DNA of 64,000 nucleotides from the human T2T-CHM13v2.0 reference genome, Homo sapiens (GCF_009914755.1 NC_060926.1), one strand, 5' to 3'; shown: positions 26,213 through 45,441, counted from the first letter of the stretch. Notes: generated from the letters alone by a model not told the origin. A program made the numbers and translations.

Positions 26213-29034
26213 AGATTAGTACTGTCAAATTTCCCCTCTGGAAACACTGTACAAATTTACATTCCCACCAGAATTACATGATTGTATAATATTTGTTTTG
26301 TGATCTATTTGGACTTAAACATTCTCAAATTTTAATTTTGGCCAAACTTATGGGTAATAAAGAGGACCTCACTGTTATTTTAATGTGTATAATCCTGACT
26401 TCTAATGAGGTTAAGCATTGTCTCATTTCTTTATTTTTTTCGTATTTCTTATTCAGTGACTTGCCTATTTATATTATTCTAGGGAAATACTTGATTTTTT
26501 TAGTTGTAATTACACTATTTTTTAGTTGTAATTTTTTGTTGTAATATGTGCAATTACACATATTAATCCTATAATATTGCAAATATTCAAATTAGCTGTA
26601 AGTAGATATTCAAAAGTGTATGACTATGCATAGAAAAAAATCTGGAAAGATTTACACCAAAAGGTTAACAATTACTTTTAAGTGGATGGGTCATGGATAC
26701 TTGACTTTCTTCTTTATACCTTTCTGTGTTGCTGCTCTCCTTCCCTCCTTGAACACTAAAGTATGTATTAATTTCACAAGTAGGAAAAGCCCCAATAAAG
26801 TGATTAGTGGAATAAAGGTGATAATGAAGGCTCTCAAGGCAATTCTAACAGAGGATTTCCAAAGGCACTTTGAGTAGTAGCTGTGTCAATAGAGTAAGTC
26901 TCCTAAAGTCAGGGTTTGAAGGAAACAACAGTCACTTCTTGGATAAGAAAAATTGACAGTGCAGTTCAAAATTAGCCTTATTACTTTACCTCTTCAGCAC
27001 CCAAGATTCGACCATTTTTTAAACCATATTATTTTACCCACCCAGCCCTTTCTCAAGTGTTGCCAGTAAACAGTAAGGGACACCGAAACATCTTGGCTAT
27101 AACAGAAGCTTCTGGACAGAAATGTGCAAAGGCTCTATTCAAGGACAAAATGGCTTTTGAGCCATAAATCCCCTCAGAAACTCAACTAATTACTACATGC
27201 AAAGAAAGTATATGTTGATCAGAAAGAAGGAGATGAGAAGAAGAAGAAGAGTCTGCTGGGGAAACACAGTTCAAGGAAAGTCACGGAGACTAGTACTGGC
27301 AGTACCCATGCAAGAACTGCTGAGTATTCAGTCTTCCCAGCAGGACTATGGCTAAGCAGGGAACAGGGCCTCATGTTGCCTGGGTTGAGAAACACCTCTT
27401 GAGATCACCTCAATTCATTAGTTCTGAGTACATTTTGCAATATTAGTTTGACTTTCTACTGGTGGCAGTGACAAGGGTGGGGAGAGGAGAATGTAGGGTG
27501 GAGGAAAGGTCACACCAAGTTGGGAATGATGGCCCCTCAGATGCTAGGTTTTCAAAGATTGAACTGTCAGTCTGGATAGGGCCTAAAAGGTGGGTCCATT
27601 AACCCCATCCTTGAGACAGCCGGGATGGCCGCGGGCCAGACCCCAGGATGAGAGGAATACAAGAGGCCACCTGGGAAACCTGCAAGTAACCTGCCAGCCC
27701 CAGCAATCACCTCATCCTAAGAAAGTGCTTCCGTGCAAACTTTAACAGAAATTATCTCTACTTCTTACTGGTGCAATCCTAATTTAGAGTTAACTCTCAA
27801 GCTCTGAGTAGTTATGGGACACCCATGCAGCTGGCTGCTGCTGCCTAGTGCCTCATCAGCAACTCTGAACACTATAGGACTCAAATGTGAAGGATAGAAA
27901 GAAAGGAGAATAAAGAATAGGAAAGATAAATTCCCTGTGCCCCTGGCTTTTGTTTGTTCTCAGCTTACTTACATACCCATGCGTTATTACAGAGTGAGTG
28001 ATTCTTGAGAAGACAGATTTAGCCTACGGACTAAATTCTTGAGAGTGTTATTGTAGATTCCAGGACTTAACCATTTACATAAAGAAAAGCAATTTATATG
28101 TCAAGAATTTCAGTGCTTATAAAGCAGGGATAACTAATGTTATAATATATCACAGTAGCACAATAATCCTAAAATATACCATGCTTAGGTGTGTGTCTCT
28201 GACTATGGAGTGCTTACTCAGTGCAATCCCAAATGCAAGCAGGCAAACCCCCTAACATTCAGGTTGGAAGAAGAGAGGGCGGACATGCACTCTCTGTCAT
28301 TTGGAGGCTGAGATTCAGATAACATATAGAAATGGGAGAAGAGACACATCTGTCATGTCTTCCAAACTGAGCTGAGGACATCTGCAGCTACTGCCACCAT
28401 CTCACTCTAGTACAACGGGAAAAACAGATGTAAAAATAGAAGTGATATATTCAACTATTAACAGTGAGGCAAAACTGAATATAGCAGTCTGCAGAAGCAC
28501 TGACGTAGAACGGGAAATGGCTTCTTCTAGGCAGGCTGTCTGCCTTGAGTGGACAACATGCCAACTAAAGATGTTTCCAGCACCCATGTCATCCCTGACT
28601 TTTTAATAAGGGATTAGGAGGAAGAGAAAAGCGAGAAGGTTACAAACCGACTGAGAGCAAGTAATACCCTCCTGACAGAAAAGTGAAGGAGCCCATTTGT
28701 TCAGAAGAAAATGCCTCCCTGGGAGCTCCTCACTCGCCACGTGAATTACCTTCTCTTTATCAGATTTATGAAGAGGCTGCACAGCTGTGTGCAGAACAGG
28801 TAAGAATTTTAATAATGAAAGTGCTGGATGAGAGGACGAAGACAGCATAAAAAAGATGAGGAAGATTCTAGACCCAGAAAATCACTACCCTGGTTCCTGT
28901 CAGTGTCACTGCTGCTCCACCTGGGGGATGCTGAGAGTCCATTCACGCATATTCAGCAGGGCAATTCAGTGGAGAGTCTTTATCACGAATATCCATTCAT
29001 AAGTGAATTGCTTAGGTGGAGCTTTTTTGTTGTT

Positions 29035-29860
29035 GTTTGAAATATAATTCATGCATCATAAAATTCACTCTTTAAAGGGGTATGCTTTAGTGTTCTTTAG
29101 TATTACCCACAAGCTTGTCCGACCATTACCACTGATTCCAGAACATTTTCATCACCCCAAAGAGGAACTCCATACTCATTAGTAGTCACTCTCCATCCCC
29201 TTCCAGCAACCATCAGTTGACTTCCTGTCTCTATGGATTTATAATACCTATTCTGGATATTTCATAGAAATAAAATCATAATATATGACCTCTTATGCCT
29301 GGCTTCTTTTACTTAGTAGTATGTTTTCAAGGTGCATCCATGTCATAGCATGAATCAGTACTTCATTCCTTTTAAAAAAGAATTATTTAATAATTCACCT
29401 ATTTTAACATAAATAACTCAGTGCATTTAGTATTGTCACAATGTTGTACAATCACCGACCTCTTATCTAGTTTCAAAACATTTCCATTACTCTAAAGTAA
29501 AACTCCTTACCCATTAGGCAGTTTCTCCCCATTCCTCCTCCCCCTAGTCCCTAGCAACCACCCATCTATGCTCTGTATCTATGGATTGATCTATTCTGAA
29601 TATTTCATTTAAATGGAATCATATAATATGTTAACACTTTGTGTCTGGCTTCTTTCACTTAGCATAATGCTTTGGAGGTTCATCCATGTTGTTGTATGTA
29701 TCAGTATTCTTTTTAATGGCTGAATAATATTCCATCGTATGGATATACCACAATTTGTTTATCCATCATCTGCTGATAAACACTGGGTTCTTTCCAATTT
29801 TTGGCTATTATGAATAATGCTGCTATGAACATTCACATACAAGTTTTTGTGGACACATGT
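29035..29860 (-). mobile_element. Old L1 (L1MB/L1ME-type) 3' fragments
   Basis: Two antisense L1 3' UTR blocks; tggcttctttcacttagcataatg...ggctattatgaataatgctgctatgaacatt. Confidence 0.82.
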
Positions 29861-30002
29861 AAGGCTTAAGTATAAATGCCCAATCCCTCTCCATTCCCAT
29901 TTTCATGAGGCAAATACTTTAAATTCTTTTAGTGGTTTCTTCTGGTAATTATCTGATGTTTCTGGCAATACACTTATACTGCTTTTAGAAAACCAGTTTT
30001 AG

Positions 30003-30404
<402 letters not shown>

Positions 30405-31546
30405 TCACAATATTATTCTAATCTCCATTTCTGGTTAAATCTAGAATTAGCATTTACATTGTTATGACTATGCATTTATAGCATTTATAGCCACGTCATG
30501 TACAAAGATTATATTCACTTAATCATACTTTTTCCCCTTAGGTTCTAGATGACCTAGAAGGGAAAATTTGCTTTACTTAAACATTTTCCTCAGTTTCCTA
30601 TGTACCAATTAATAGTTCATCTTCAAATTCTGCAAGAAAATGAAAAATCTCTAGATATATTAAAACACACTGGACATTCTACTGTTTTCTTGTCAGCATC
30701 CACTTCCCTATCCTCTGATAAGAGTGATTTGTATCTGAAACCAGGGACAGGGACATGACATGAGACACAGCGTGGGTAGGGAGTGGACCCACCTGAGCTC
30801 ATAGCCCACTATGAGGAAGGCAGAGCTGACAGGGAGGGAGCCAGTGAGCAAGTGACCTGACTTGCCTGGATGACACTGTTCAGCCTCTGCATTCTGCCAT
30901 ATCTTTACACTTTGCAATTATGTGCACCAAATAAATCCTTTTTCCTGCATAAGCCTGAGTTGTGCTTCTGGTGCTTACAACCCAAAGGGATAGTAACTAA
31001 CATGGACACTGAGAATAGGGGCTAAGCCACTTCTGTGCATCCATGTAGGTCTTTGAGGAATCCTCATTTTACTTTTAGCAGGAGATGCATAGAGTCTTTT
31101 CACTTTAGTGAAAGTAGTGTTAGTCTAATGGCGGATTGATTTCAGAACTAAGGATCCCCTCAAATTCAGGTTCTTGTCCTTGACAAAACAGAAAATAAAC
31201 TAATAGTTTCAGAAATGACTAAATATGAAGAGAATAGCAACACCAAGCACACTTTATCAAATACCTGGTAAAGCACATTTTGAAAGGCAACCAGGATGTT
31301 AATTTCATGTCACATAACCATTTCTTGCACTTGAATATTTTTCAAAGTATATTCACATCCAAAACTTCATCAGATCCCCTCAGCCTTCTTTTTTCATAAT
31401 GACCCACATTTTAAAGTCGCTTCTAAGCATAAAAACAAACCAAAACATATTTTATGAATAATTATCTGTTTCTTCTAAATAAAAACTCTAAAATGTTTAT
31501 TCTTCCTCAAGTCTAGTTTACTTACTTTTCTAGTCAGCTCTCCTGA

Positions 31547-31851
<305 letters not shown>

Positions 31852-32019
31852 AAGCTCTTCTGAATTCTAACAATAAACAAACAATTTGTGTTTCCCCAGC
31901 TTTAGGGGAACCATGAGTCTTTTTTCTAACTTGTTTCCTTTTCATTCCTACTCTGTAGCCATGGCTTGTTCACTTAGCACACTTGTCCTCAGCACAGTAC
32001 CTTACATAAAAAATGTCTG

Positions 32020-32215
32020 TGTGGAGTCCATATGCCTAGTTTCGAATCTCCAGCTCTGTTACCTACCAGCAATGTGATCCTGTACAAATTTCTTCTTCTG
32101 TAAAATGGAAATAATACTTGTCTCACAGAATTGTTTAAAGATTAAATGAAAAAAAAGATTAAATGAGATGTATGCAAAAGAGACACAGCAAGCATGCAGT
32201 AAATGTTAGCTGCTA
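32020..32215 (+). mobile_element. MIR
   Basis: gtttcgaatctccagctctgttacctaccagc...ctgtaaaatggaaataat...gtaaatgttagct. Confidence 0.75.
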
Positions 32216-32700
32216 GAATTTGTTGGTTAAAAGAATGATCTCTGCTAACCAGTGCTCCTTGCTGTTCATTTCACTGGAGAAGCTTGTAAGACACAGCTAC
32301 TTGTTCACTGCCTAGAATCTAAGCCCGACAAGGGCAGAGACTTTGCCTTATTTATTGCTATATCCCCAGCAACTATCATATGACTGGGACATGATAGGTA
32401 TTCCACAAATCCCTATTTGTTGATGAATGACTGGATAAATGAATGAATACAGGTAACACAGGTATAATTTTACTGCTATTCTGATTTTATGAATGAGGAA
32501 ACTACGTCTCAGAGAGGTCAAGCTGCTTGCATAAAGTCCCACAGAGAGTTAGAGAGGGATTAAAATACAGTTCCCCTGCCTGGTTGTTCTTCTCTTTTAC
32601 CATATCACTTACTAGGGCTTTGTTTCATTATCCAAAAATTCAGGTACAGCATCTAATTAGTTACTAAGTAACAATTTTCAAAGGCTAAACATGATTCTTA

Positions 32701-32904
<204 letters not shown>

Positions 32905-34005
32905 CTAGAATACACAAAAGTCAACAGAAACAGTGGTGAAAATAAGTAACCTGAATCCACTTCCAGATGCGTTTTTCTAGAAAATGTCTCCCTTCTTTTT
33001 TATAACAACCAATGCAATGGGAACCTTGATAGATACTGGTACAGGAAAATAAATAAAGCAATAACAGTGATGACAAAAACCATCAATGAAAGACATTCTG
33101 GGGACAACTGGGGAAATTTGAATGTGGCTTGGATATTAGATGATAGCATGGAATTACTGACAATCTTCCTAGGTGTGATAATGGTATTGTGTTTCCTCTT
33201 AGGAGATGTATGCCGAAGTATTTGGGGTGAGGCATCATGTTGTCTGCAACTTATTCTCAACAACAAAATACTTTTTTTTCCACTTACTTTTCAACAAAAA
33301 CAAAACTAAATACATACAGGGAAGAGGAAAAGCAAATACAGCAAAATGTTAGCAAATGTTTAGGTGAAATGTAGAGTGTTCATTCAGCTTTTCTGCACAT
33401 ATAATAATTTTAACAAAGAGTTGGGGCAACAAAGAGAAGTCTACCAAAAAAAAAAGAAAAAGGAAGGTTGGAGGGGAGGCAGGAAAGGAGAAAGGAAAGG
33501 GCCACTGCCAAGAATTTTAGCATAAATTGCACCTGTAAGTTTGGCACCTAAGGACATAATTCTTCCAAGCCTCTCTTGGGCCATAATGCCTCTTCTCAAA
33601 TTTCCAGTTTTTGCTTTCCATGTTTGCAGACTACTTATTTCTTTTGTTTGTTTTTGCCAGAGAAGATGGAAGCAGATTAGGAGAGGTAATGACAGGTAGC
33701 AGAAAACGCAATGCCCTGGCATTCAGGAGGCCTCTCCTACTCATTCAGTCTGTGACCTTCCCCACACCAATTACAATCTGTAAAATCAGGGGGCTTTCAA
33801 CAAGATCCATATTTTTCTCCCAATTTCTCTTTCAATATACTAATTTTTCATTCCATTCTAATGTTTATTTTTCTACTGAGTGATTTAAAAACATTTCCAT
33901 GACTTTTTAGGTTTTCAAGACTTCTAATTGGTTGTTTTTCATATTCACATGTTGTTGCTTTGATTCTGTTTTTCTTTCACAAAATTTTTTCTTCTTTCAT
34001 AATGA

Positions 34006-34356
<351 letters not shown>

Positions 34357-34512
34357 TGAATTTCATCTTGGGCAAATTCATCTGTAGGTTGTTGATTGTG
34401 CTGGGTGAATTTTGTAGCATTATGTTTTTCATTTGCAGGCTCACTTTACTTACTGTGAGTTGGAAAGCTGTCACACATCAGTTCCCACCTGGTTGATCCC
34501 TGCTTTTCAGTG

Positions 34513-34815
<303 letters not shown>

Positions 34816-35417
34816 CTCAGTGGTTTTACAGTAGCTTCCCCCAGGTACACAAGAGTCTCTAAACCAAAACCAGGTATTATATTGGCAATAGGGAGTTCTT
34901 GCTCTGCTGTTTCTGGGGCTACTGCCAGTCCAGTCACTAAGTCAGTGGTTGGCTTGGTTTACTTCTTGGTCAGAGGCTGTGTCTCTGTCCTGCTAACTCC
35001 TCAGTTTGGGGGCCTTAAATATGCTTCAGGCAGCAGGGGTAGCAGGTTCCTCCCCCTTTCACTGTTAGCAGGGGAGCCACAGCCTAGCATGTATGGTTTC
35101 CATCTGTGGGCTCGGCTCCAGTCCGCTATAAATGGCACACTTTTAGTATCCATGACCCACAGCGGGTGAACTTCCTGCCACTTCTGCCTGTTTCTGGGGC
35201 TAGTGTACAGCCAGCATATCAAGGGCTGAATGCTCTGTGAGGCTGTTCCATTTCTGATCTGTGGAGTTATTTATCTTGTTTTAGAGCTTGTAAGTATCTT
35301 TTCATTGTGTCCATTAGTATTTACATATCAGTGGTTTGTGTTTGGAGCAGAGTGAGTATCATAAGCATGAATTTACATTATTGCTGTGATTAGAGTTCAT
35401 CTATAAGAACATTAAGC

Positions 35418-35711
35418 TTTTTTTTTTTGAGACAGAGTCTCCCTGTAGCCCAGGCTGGAGTGCAGCCGCCTGATCTTGGCTCACTGCAACCTCCACCTCC
35501 CAGGTCCTGGTTCAAGCAATTCTCCTGCCTCAGCCTCCTGAGTAGCTGGGCTTACAGGCACGTGCCACCATGCCCAGCTAATTTTTGTATTTTTAGTAGA
35601 GACGGGGTTTCACCATGTTGGCCAGGCTGGTCTTGAACTCCTGACCTCATGATCTGCCCACCTTGGCCTCCCAAAGTGCTGGGATTACAGGCGTTAGCCA
35701 CCGCGCCTGGC
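35418..35711 (-). mobile_element. Alu (AluS-like)
   Basis: Antisense dimer with TSD agaacattaagcttt. Confidence 0.94.
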
Positions 35712-35843
35712 TCCAGAACATTAAGCTTTTAATGTTTTTCTTTCTTCCATTAAGTTTCTGAGACCAGTTTCCTTAAAGACCAGAGTTCTTTCATTTATTT
35801 ATTTCATAAGCATTTACTAAGTGCCAGCTATGTGCAGGTACAG

Positions 35844-36392
35844 TGTAGCAGATGTTATTTTCCAAAGATAACTGTATTAACCTATATCATATCACACATC
35901 CTGGTTTTACACTGTGCCAATGACAATCTTCTAGTAAGGGGTGGGGTACTAGGGTGGACCTTCCTGCTTAAATCAATAGAATGAGTCAGAAGTGATGCCG
36001 TGTTACTTCCGAAGCTAACTCATAAAAGCCAACATGGCTTCTGTGTCTCCTTCTCACGGGAAGCTGGATCTTGAAACCCAGCTACCATATTATGAGGAAG
36101 CCCAAGTCACACGTAGAGGCCATGTTTACATGTTCTGGCCAACAACCTCATTATGCCCCCAGCTGAAAGCCAGCATCAACTGTCAAGCAGGTGAATGAAG
36201 AAAAGTTCCAGCTCTCAGCCTTTGCGTCTTCCAACTGAAGCCCCAGGCATCGCGTGGGAGAGTCAAACCATGCTATCCCCTGTGTGAATTCCTGACATGC
36301 AAAAACTGAGAGTGACAATAAATAATTATTGCTGTTGTAAGCCAGTACATTTTGGAGGTATTTTATTATGCAGCAATAGATAACTATATACA
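35844..36392 (+). mobile_element. Old MLT1-type MaLR LTR inserted in an L2 fragment
   Basis: aatagaatgagtcagaagtgatgccgtgttacttccgaag...ttgtaagccagtacattttggagg...ttatgcagcaatagataact. Confidence 0.8.
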
Positions 36393-36807
36393 CAGGGATA
36401 GCCATCAGGGATACAACAGTGAATAAGACAGATGTCTCTGACCTCATGGAACTTGTAATTTAATGGAGAAGACAGAAGAATTGAATAAGTAATTTGAGCT
36501 GTGATGAACATTTGAGGAATAAATAGAGTGCTCTTCAAGTATCTAGCAGGAAAATTTAGGCCAGTTTGGCAGTTGAGGGTACTCTAACCTCTTATTGTGA
36601 AATGATCGCTATTTCCCACAATTCCTTCTTCCTAGCATGGTGGTTGCTCAAAAATATTGCATAACCTATTGTGGTTTGTTAAAATTAGTTTCTTTGTAGC
36701 AGTCTTCTTTCTTGTTTCCTCTATGTTTTGAGAGATGAAATTATCAAGAAAGCAGGTCAAGAAATCCTAAAAGCCTTCATATAGACTTTAAACCAAATGG
36801 AAAATTA

Positions 36808-37086
<279 letters not shown>

Positions 37087-37357
37087 CTATTATGGTTCAT
37101 TAATTTCTTTCTCTCCATGTTGCCTTTACTAACGTGTATACCTGCATCCCATTGATGGGCGAGAGCTCTGTTCTAATGCTGTCTGGCTTATAAAAAGGGA
37201 GAAATATTGAAATTTTCTTCCCAACAATATTTAAGAAAGGGTGGTACAATATCCTTTCTTATTGTACCAGTTGATAGATAGTCTGTTCAGATGATACATC
37301 ATGACACAGGGTCTTCACTACAGAATGTAGCAGATCTTCCAGGAGTTGTATACTAAT

Positions 37358-37523
37358 TAGCGTTTGGCAGACAAACTACAGGAAGCTCAGTTAAATTTGA
37401 ATTTAAGATAAATGACAGGTAATTTTACAGTATAAATTTGTTAGGTATGTTATTTATTATCTATCTGAAATTCAAATTTAACTGGGCATCCTGCATTTTT
37501 ACTTGCTAAACCTGGCAACTTTA
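37358..37523. mobile_element. MER53-like palindromic MITE with a central deletion
   Basis: Inverted arms cagttaaatttgaatttaagata and tatctgaaattcaaatttaactg. Confidence 0.8.
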
Positions 37524-37759
37524 ATATAGTCCTCAGAACATGAAATAATTAGAAAAGAAAACAAAACACCAACAGTGTGAGGGCAAGGAAGGGACTAAAA
37601 TTAACTGAGGTTTGATAAGTGCCAGAATATGGAAGTGACTCAGAGAATCCTTTTTTCCCCCCTAGGATTTACTAATTTCCTTTTCTCCACACCCCGGTAA
37701 ACTGAAAAAATCTGTTTTCACCATGCCTGAGAATTCACGTCATCAAATTGATGTGGTTA

Positions 37760-38029
<270 letters not shown>

Positions 38030-39104
38030 TCATCTGGTTAAATATCCACTTAGTTACGGATGTAGAGAAAAGTCTGAAATCTCAATCTTCACGACAGCTG
38101 GGTACCAATTCCCTATTTCCATTTTCTTTACTTTGTACTTTACAACATTTCAGCTTCCAGGGAAAAGAGCAATATAACAGTCAACGTGATTATAGAGTTA
38201 AGGCAAAGGCAACAGGAACATTAGAGAAAAGTAAAAATGCTGTGGCATGAAAGGGCATGTGTGAATGTGAACAGGCTGGTGGACATTTTTGTGGGTTACT
38301 TTAAGTGCTTGGTTTCAAGGCTAGTTCATAAACCCATTTTCCAGGGAAGAAAAAGAGACGATAGAAAATAAACAATGAAAGGTTCAGAATTCTCCCGGTG
38401 GGAACAGTAAGCGGGAAGCTCATGTGCGTATGCATATTTTGTACACCTATGTATGCCTCCCAAATATATCACAATTACTCCTGCAAACATATGCACTTAC
38501 ACAAAAGCTTACATTCTTGGCTTCTGTGAGCAATCTGGGAATATTAAAAAAAAGATTGAGAAAGGAGGAGGAATTCAGTCAGAGGCTGGTGCTAGCTCAG
38601 ACGGAGAGGCTACAAGAGAAGGATAGATGGGAATAGCAGACACAGGGAAATGAGAATATCATGGCCATTTTTCAGAGGGAGGAAAGTGAAGCTCAGAAAG
38701 ATGAGGTCCTATGTCTCAGTTCATACATTGGGACACAATTAAGATGGACCCCTACTCAGGGTCCTCTGGCTTTAAGTTCACGGTTTGGTCCACTCTAGAA
38801 AAAGGGGCCTCTCTAGGCCAGGACTCTGTCCACACCAACACATACCTCAATGCCAATTCACAATATTTTAAAACACCCTTTGGTTTGGGACTTCGTAAAT
38901 GTAGATATATATATATTTCAAGTCTTTAGAAATTACATTCATAGGAAGCTCCTTCTTTGTCAAAGCACTAATTCACTTGAGTACTAGATTGGTTAGTCTT
39001 CTTTTTCTCAACCCAGGTCCACTGACTTGCGTGTTAAGTAGTCTCATTTGACTATAGACCCATAGTGTAAAAATCTCTAGCTGCAGTTCTCAGAGACTTC
39101 AATA

Positions 39105-39270
39105 ACAGTGCTTTGCAAACTTGGTTGCCTATCAGCATCACTAGGAAAGCTTGTTAAAATGCATAATTTCTAGGACTGACCTCAAACCCACTGAATCAGA
39201 ATCTCTGGGGGTAAGATCAGGGAATCTGCATATTCACAAGTTCTCCATGAGGCTCTCACATAGCCAGCTT
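39105..39270. mobile_element. MER5-like hAT MITE
   Basis: cagtgctttgcaaacttggttgcctatcagcatcac...ctgaatcagaatctctgggggt...ggaatctgcat. Confidence 0.75.
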
Positions 39271-40135
39271 GGCACTAATGCATTCCACATTCTTGGGGAG
39301 ATGCTAATCAGCACGTGGCTAATGGAAACTGTCTACTGCTTCAGCCTGGTGAGGACATCTAGTCTACTTCTGCACCTTCCTTGGTCTTACCTAGCATTTT
39401 GATTCAGTCAGTGGGTCTTGTCCAGTATAGGCTAACACTATTCCCACATTTTTGTTATTTCAGAATCCAGAATGTCCACCCACAGAAATTCTATGGTATA
39501 TTTTTGGCTGCTCAGATTTTTGTATAGAGTTATTGTGCAGCTTAAATTAGAAAATGGATGTAAAAGCCCAGTGTAAAATCTAACCTGCTGTACAAATGTA
39601 AAGGATTATTACTGTTATTATATTGTCCTTTACAGATAGCCCAACACCCCCGCCTGTCTACCCATCTCTTCTGCCTTCTGCTGGAGTTTGTAGCCTGGCA
39701 ACAGTCTCTCTCATTGGTTCTCTCACTTCTGAGAGGTCTTAGAGATGTCAATTACACATAAAGGCTCTCATTGTCCAGTATTCTAACACACTCACTTAAA
39801 CTTTTTAGGTTTTCAGAACAATATACTGTTCCCAGTTTTCCTCAAGCATTAAATGGAAACAACTGCTCACCTAGTGTAATCCACAAATCTACATTCATCA
39901 GCATTTGAGCACAGATTAGAGCAAAGCTACAAGTGTGGAACAACATGGTAGAGCCATTCTTAAAAGATCAATTTTTTCCCTCAAAGATGCATGATCCTGT
40001 AATTCCTTTTCTAAACCCATCCTACAGAAATCCATAAGCATGCAAAGATGATATACAATGTTGTTTGTACAGCTCTGTTTGCAATAGAAAACACAAAAAG
40101 AAACTTTTACTAAAGGGGATTGGTTTAAAAAATTA

Positions 40136-40449
<314 letters not shown>

Positions 40450-40547
40450 AATTATGACACGTCTGATGTAGATCACTACAGCTGTTAAAAAGAGTAAAGT
40501 AGATCTCCGTTTATCAAGAAAGATTTCTATAATTTATTTATAAGTGA

Positions 40548-40873
<326 letters not shown>

Positions 40874-41082
40874 TACCTCCCCTTTTTAATAAGAACAAAT
40901 AACAAGCACACATAACTATATGTGTATTTACATTTATACACTTACATAGAAGGAAAAAATGTCGGAGAGGTTTCTCACCAAACTAATGAGCCATTAGTTA
41001 TAAAAAGCTGATAGGACTAAATTTGACTACAGGTTAAGTGCTGTATGAGGTAAAGACATTACTCTTAAAACACATAGTATCT

Positions 41083-41395
<313 letters not shown>

Positions 41396-42138
41396 TCAAA
41401 AAACAGGTATACTATAAACGAAATGATATAACATCTGGGTTTTGCTTCAACATAATTCAAGGTGGCAGTGCGGGGTAGGGAGCCATGAGGCAGGATACAG
41501 ATAAAACAAGATTGGCCATGTGCGACAAAAACAAGCAATGGGGAAAAGACTCCCTATTCAATAAATGATGCTGGAATACCTGGCTAGCCATATGCAGAAG
41601 AATGAAACTAGACCCTTATCTTTCACCATATACAAAAATTAACTCAAGATGGATTAAATATTTTAAATGTAAGACCTCAAACTATAAAAATCCTAGAAGA
41701 AAGCTTAGAAAATACCCTTTTTGACACTGGCATTGGCAAAGAATTTTTGGCTAAGTCCCCCAAAGCAACTGTAACAAAAACAAAAATTGACAAGTGGGAC
41801 TTAATTAAACTAAATAGCTTCTGCATAGCAAAAGAAATGGTCAATAGAGTAAACAGAAAACCTATAGAATGGGAGAAAATATTTGCAAACTATGCATCTG
41901 ACAAAGGTCTAATATGCAGAATCTATAAGGAACTTACATAAATCGACAAGCAAAAAACAACTCTGTTAAAAAATGGGCAAAGGACATGAACAGACATTTC
42001 TCAAAAGAAGATACACGAGTGGGCCAAAAAACATATGAAAAACTACTCATCGTTTCACTCATCATCAGAGAAATGCAAATCAAACTATAATGAGATACCA
42101 TCTCACACCAGTCAAAACAGCTATTATTAAAAAGTCAA

Positions 42139-42508
<370 letters not shown>

Positions 42509-43026
42509 TTATACACTGTTGGCAGGAATGTAACTTAGTTCAGTCATGTAGAAAGCAGTTTGGAGATTGATTCTCAAAGAACTTAAAATAGACCTACCAT
42601 TTGACCCAGCAATCCTATGCCTGGTACACACCCAAAGGAAAACAGATCATTATACCTAAAGGAAACATGTACTTGTATGTTCATCACCATGCTAGTCACA
42701 ATAGCAAAGACATGGAATCAACCTAGGTGCCCATCAATGGTGGACTGGATAAAGAAAATGTGGTACATATATACCATGGAATACTATGTAGCCGTAAAAA
42801 GGAATGAAATCATGTCCTTGGCAGCAACATAGATGGAGCTGGAGGCCATAATCCTAATCAAATTAAAATAAGAACAGAAAACCAAATACCACATGTATTC
42901 ACTTATAAGTGGGGGCTAAATATTGAGTACGCATGGACAGAAAGATGGGAACAACAGACACTACAGAGTACTGGAGCAGGGAGGGGCACAGGTTGAAAAG
43001 CTACCTATTGAGTACCGTGCTCCCTA

Positions 43027-43375
<349 letters not shown>

Positions 43376-45096
43376 AGTCTGCACATGTACCCCCGTGTCT
43401 AAAATAAAAGATGGAATTTAAAAGTAGAAAAAAAGACTGGCCACATGTTGGTAACTGTTGAAGCTAAATGATAGTATATATAGGTTTACCATACTATTCT
43501 CTGTATGTCTATATATATTTGAAATTTTCCACAATAAAAGCAAATTTTAAGGAAAAAATTACATTAAAATTTAGGTACCAATTGCTAGAATAAGGAATTC
43601 CATAATTTTACTGTAAATACTGTATAAAAATCAACCTTATTTGCCTGTACTTTACTGAGGGACAGCATTCTTCAATAGTAACTGGATACATAGGCTTAGA
43701 GTCTGACTGGTAACTAAATTTAGGGGAAAAGTGTAAATGCCATAAAGAAAGCATTCTTCTCAGCTTGTGCTACCACAAATGAGCATACTCCACCATGATG
43801 AAAGAAACATAAATTAGTAGATGCAGTTAATCAAAGAAGAATGCAAATCTGTAATAGACAAGGTGGAAGCCATGATGTCATCCTGGGACCAGGCAGAGCT
43901 AGAGAACACAGACTGTACCATGGAGTAACTTGGAGTTGCAGAGGTGACTGGTAGCACCCAACAGTAATTATTATTAATTACAGTGTCAGATGAACTAAAC
44001 TCCTAGTTATCTTAACTGCATGTTAATGGATAGCACAATAATGTCAATAAGGAACTGGTGAGGCCTGGAGGAGCAGTTGTATAGGCTAAAAGGCAGGAAA
44101 ATGAGGCAGAAACTCTTTATGGTGTTGTCACGGAGGGCAGGGGCTGGACAGTTAGGAAGGCCCTAATTATTAGCTCAGAGAAACCGGGGAAGAAAATCAC
44201 CCTGAGTGAAGACACTGTGAGCATGTTGGGACACTCAAAATACTGGCTTTGCTGTCCATTACTCTAGAGGCTCTTTTCTGTGACTTGAGCAGCAAAAACA
44301 CTCAAAGCTTGGGCTATGTGCTGGACAATGTCATTGTGAAAGTCTGGATGGCCAGATAAGAAGTTTTGTTTGCCAAAGGCAAAAGGACTGAAGTGGCATT
44401 AAAAGATACTTTGTATCATACTGATAATTTAACTTTGGCAATTTTACAATCTCAATTATTTATAATTGTTTATGTACTGTTCCATTTGCTTGGAAATGGA
44501 TATAAAGACCAGAACCAACATGCATAATTTCATCACAAGCAGCTGCAGCACTGGCTCTTCAGTGGGCCTACCTCATAGCTTCATGGCCTGGTGGGGATGG
44601 GGGTGGCTATACAGGGCTACCGATTTTTGGTGTTGTAGCTACTATGTCTTTAAAAATCAATGCTTTCATTTTGATAGTGACAGAGAGTTTTGAGACAGTA
44701 TATTCAAAGATGTAGGGATCTTTTCCTCTGGATTTTCATAACTGATATATTAGCATAATCTAGTTATGCAATGTGCTTAATTCAAAATTCACTACCTGTA
44801 AGCAGTAAAGATAATGGAACTGTGATAAGAAAACCCATAGATGATGATGACGATGAAGACTTTATCATCGTTCTTGAAGACGGAATAATGCTGTTCAGCA
44901 CATAGGCAGCTTCCTGGGGCAGTGGGTAGGGTGCTCAGTGCTCAAGAGATCATTAAGCCCACTCTGCTCTGGGATCAGTCCAAAGTGACATGAAAGAACT
45001 GTGAGAGCTGTCAGCCCAATTCTGGTTTCACAGAAGAAGAAAATGACGTCCAGAGTGAGGAACTGACTTACTTGACTGAGATCCCCCATTTGCTGA

Positions 45097-45441
<345 letters not shown>

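Noticed and set aside
27620-27860. Small GC-rich patch (ggccgcgggcc) and a CTCF-like gctgcctagtg
   Set aside because: Too few CpGs for an island and only a partial CTCF match.
37358-37523. MER53 hairpin as a miR-1302-family precursor
   Set aside because: MER53 is the known source of miR-1302, but the central segment carrying the mature sequence (TTGGGACATACTTAT...) is missing here.
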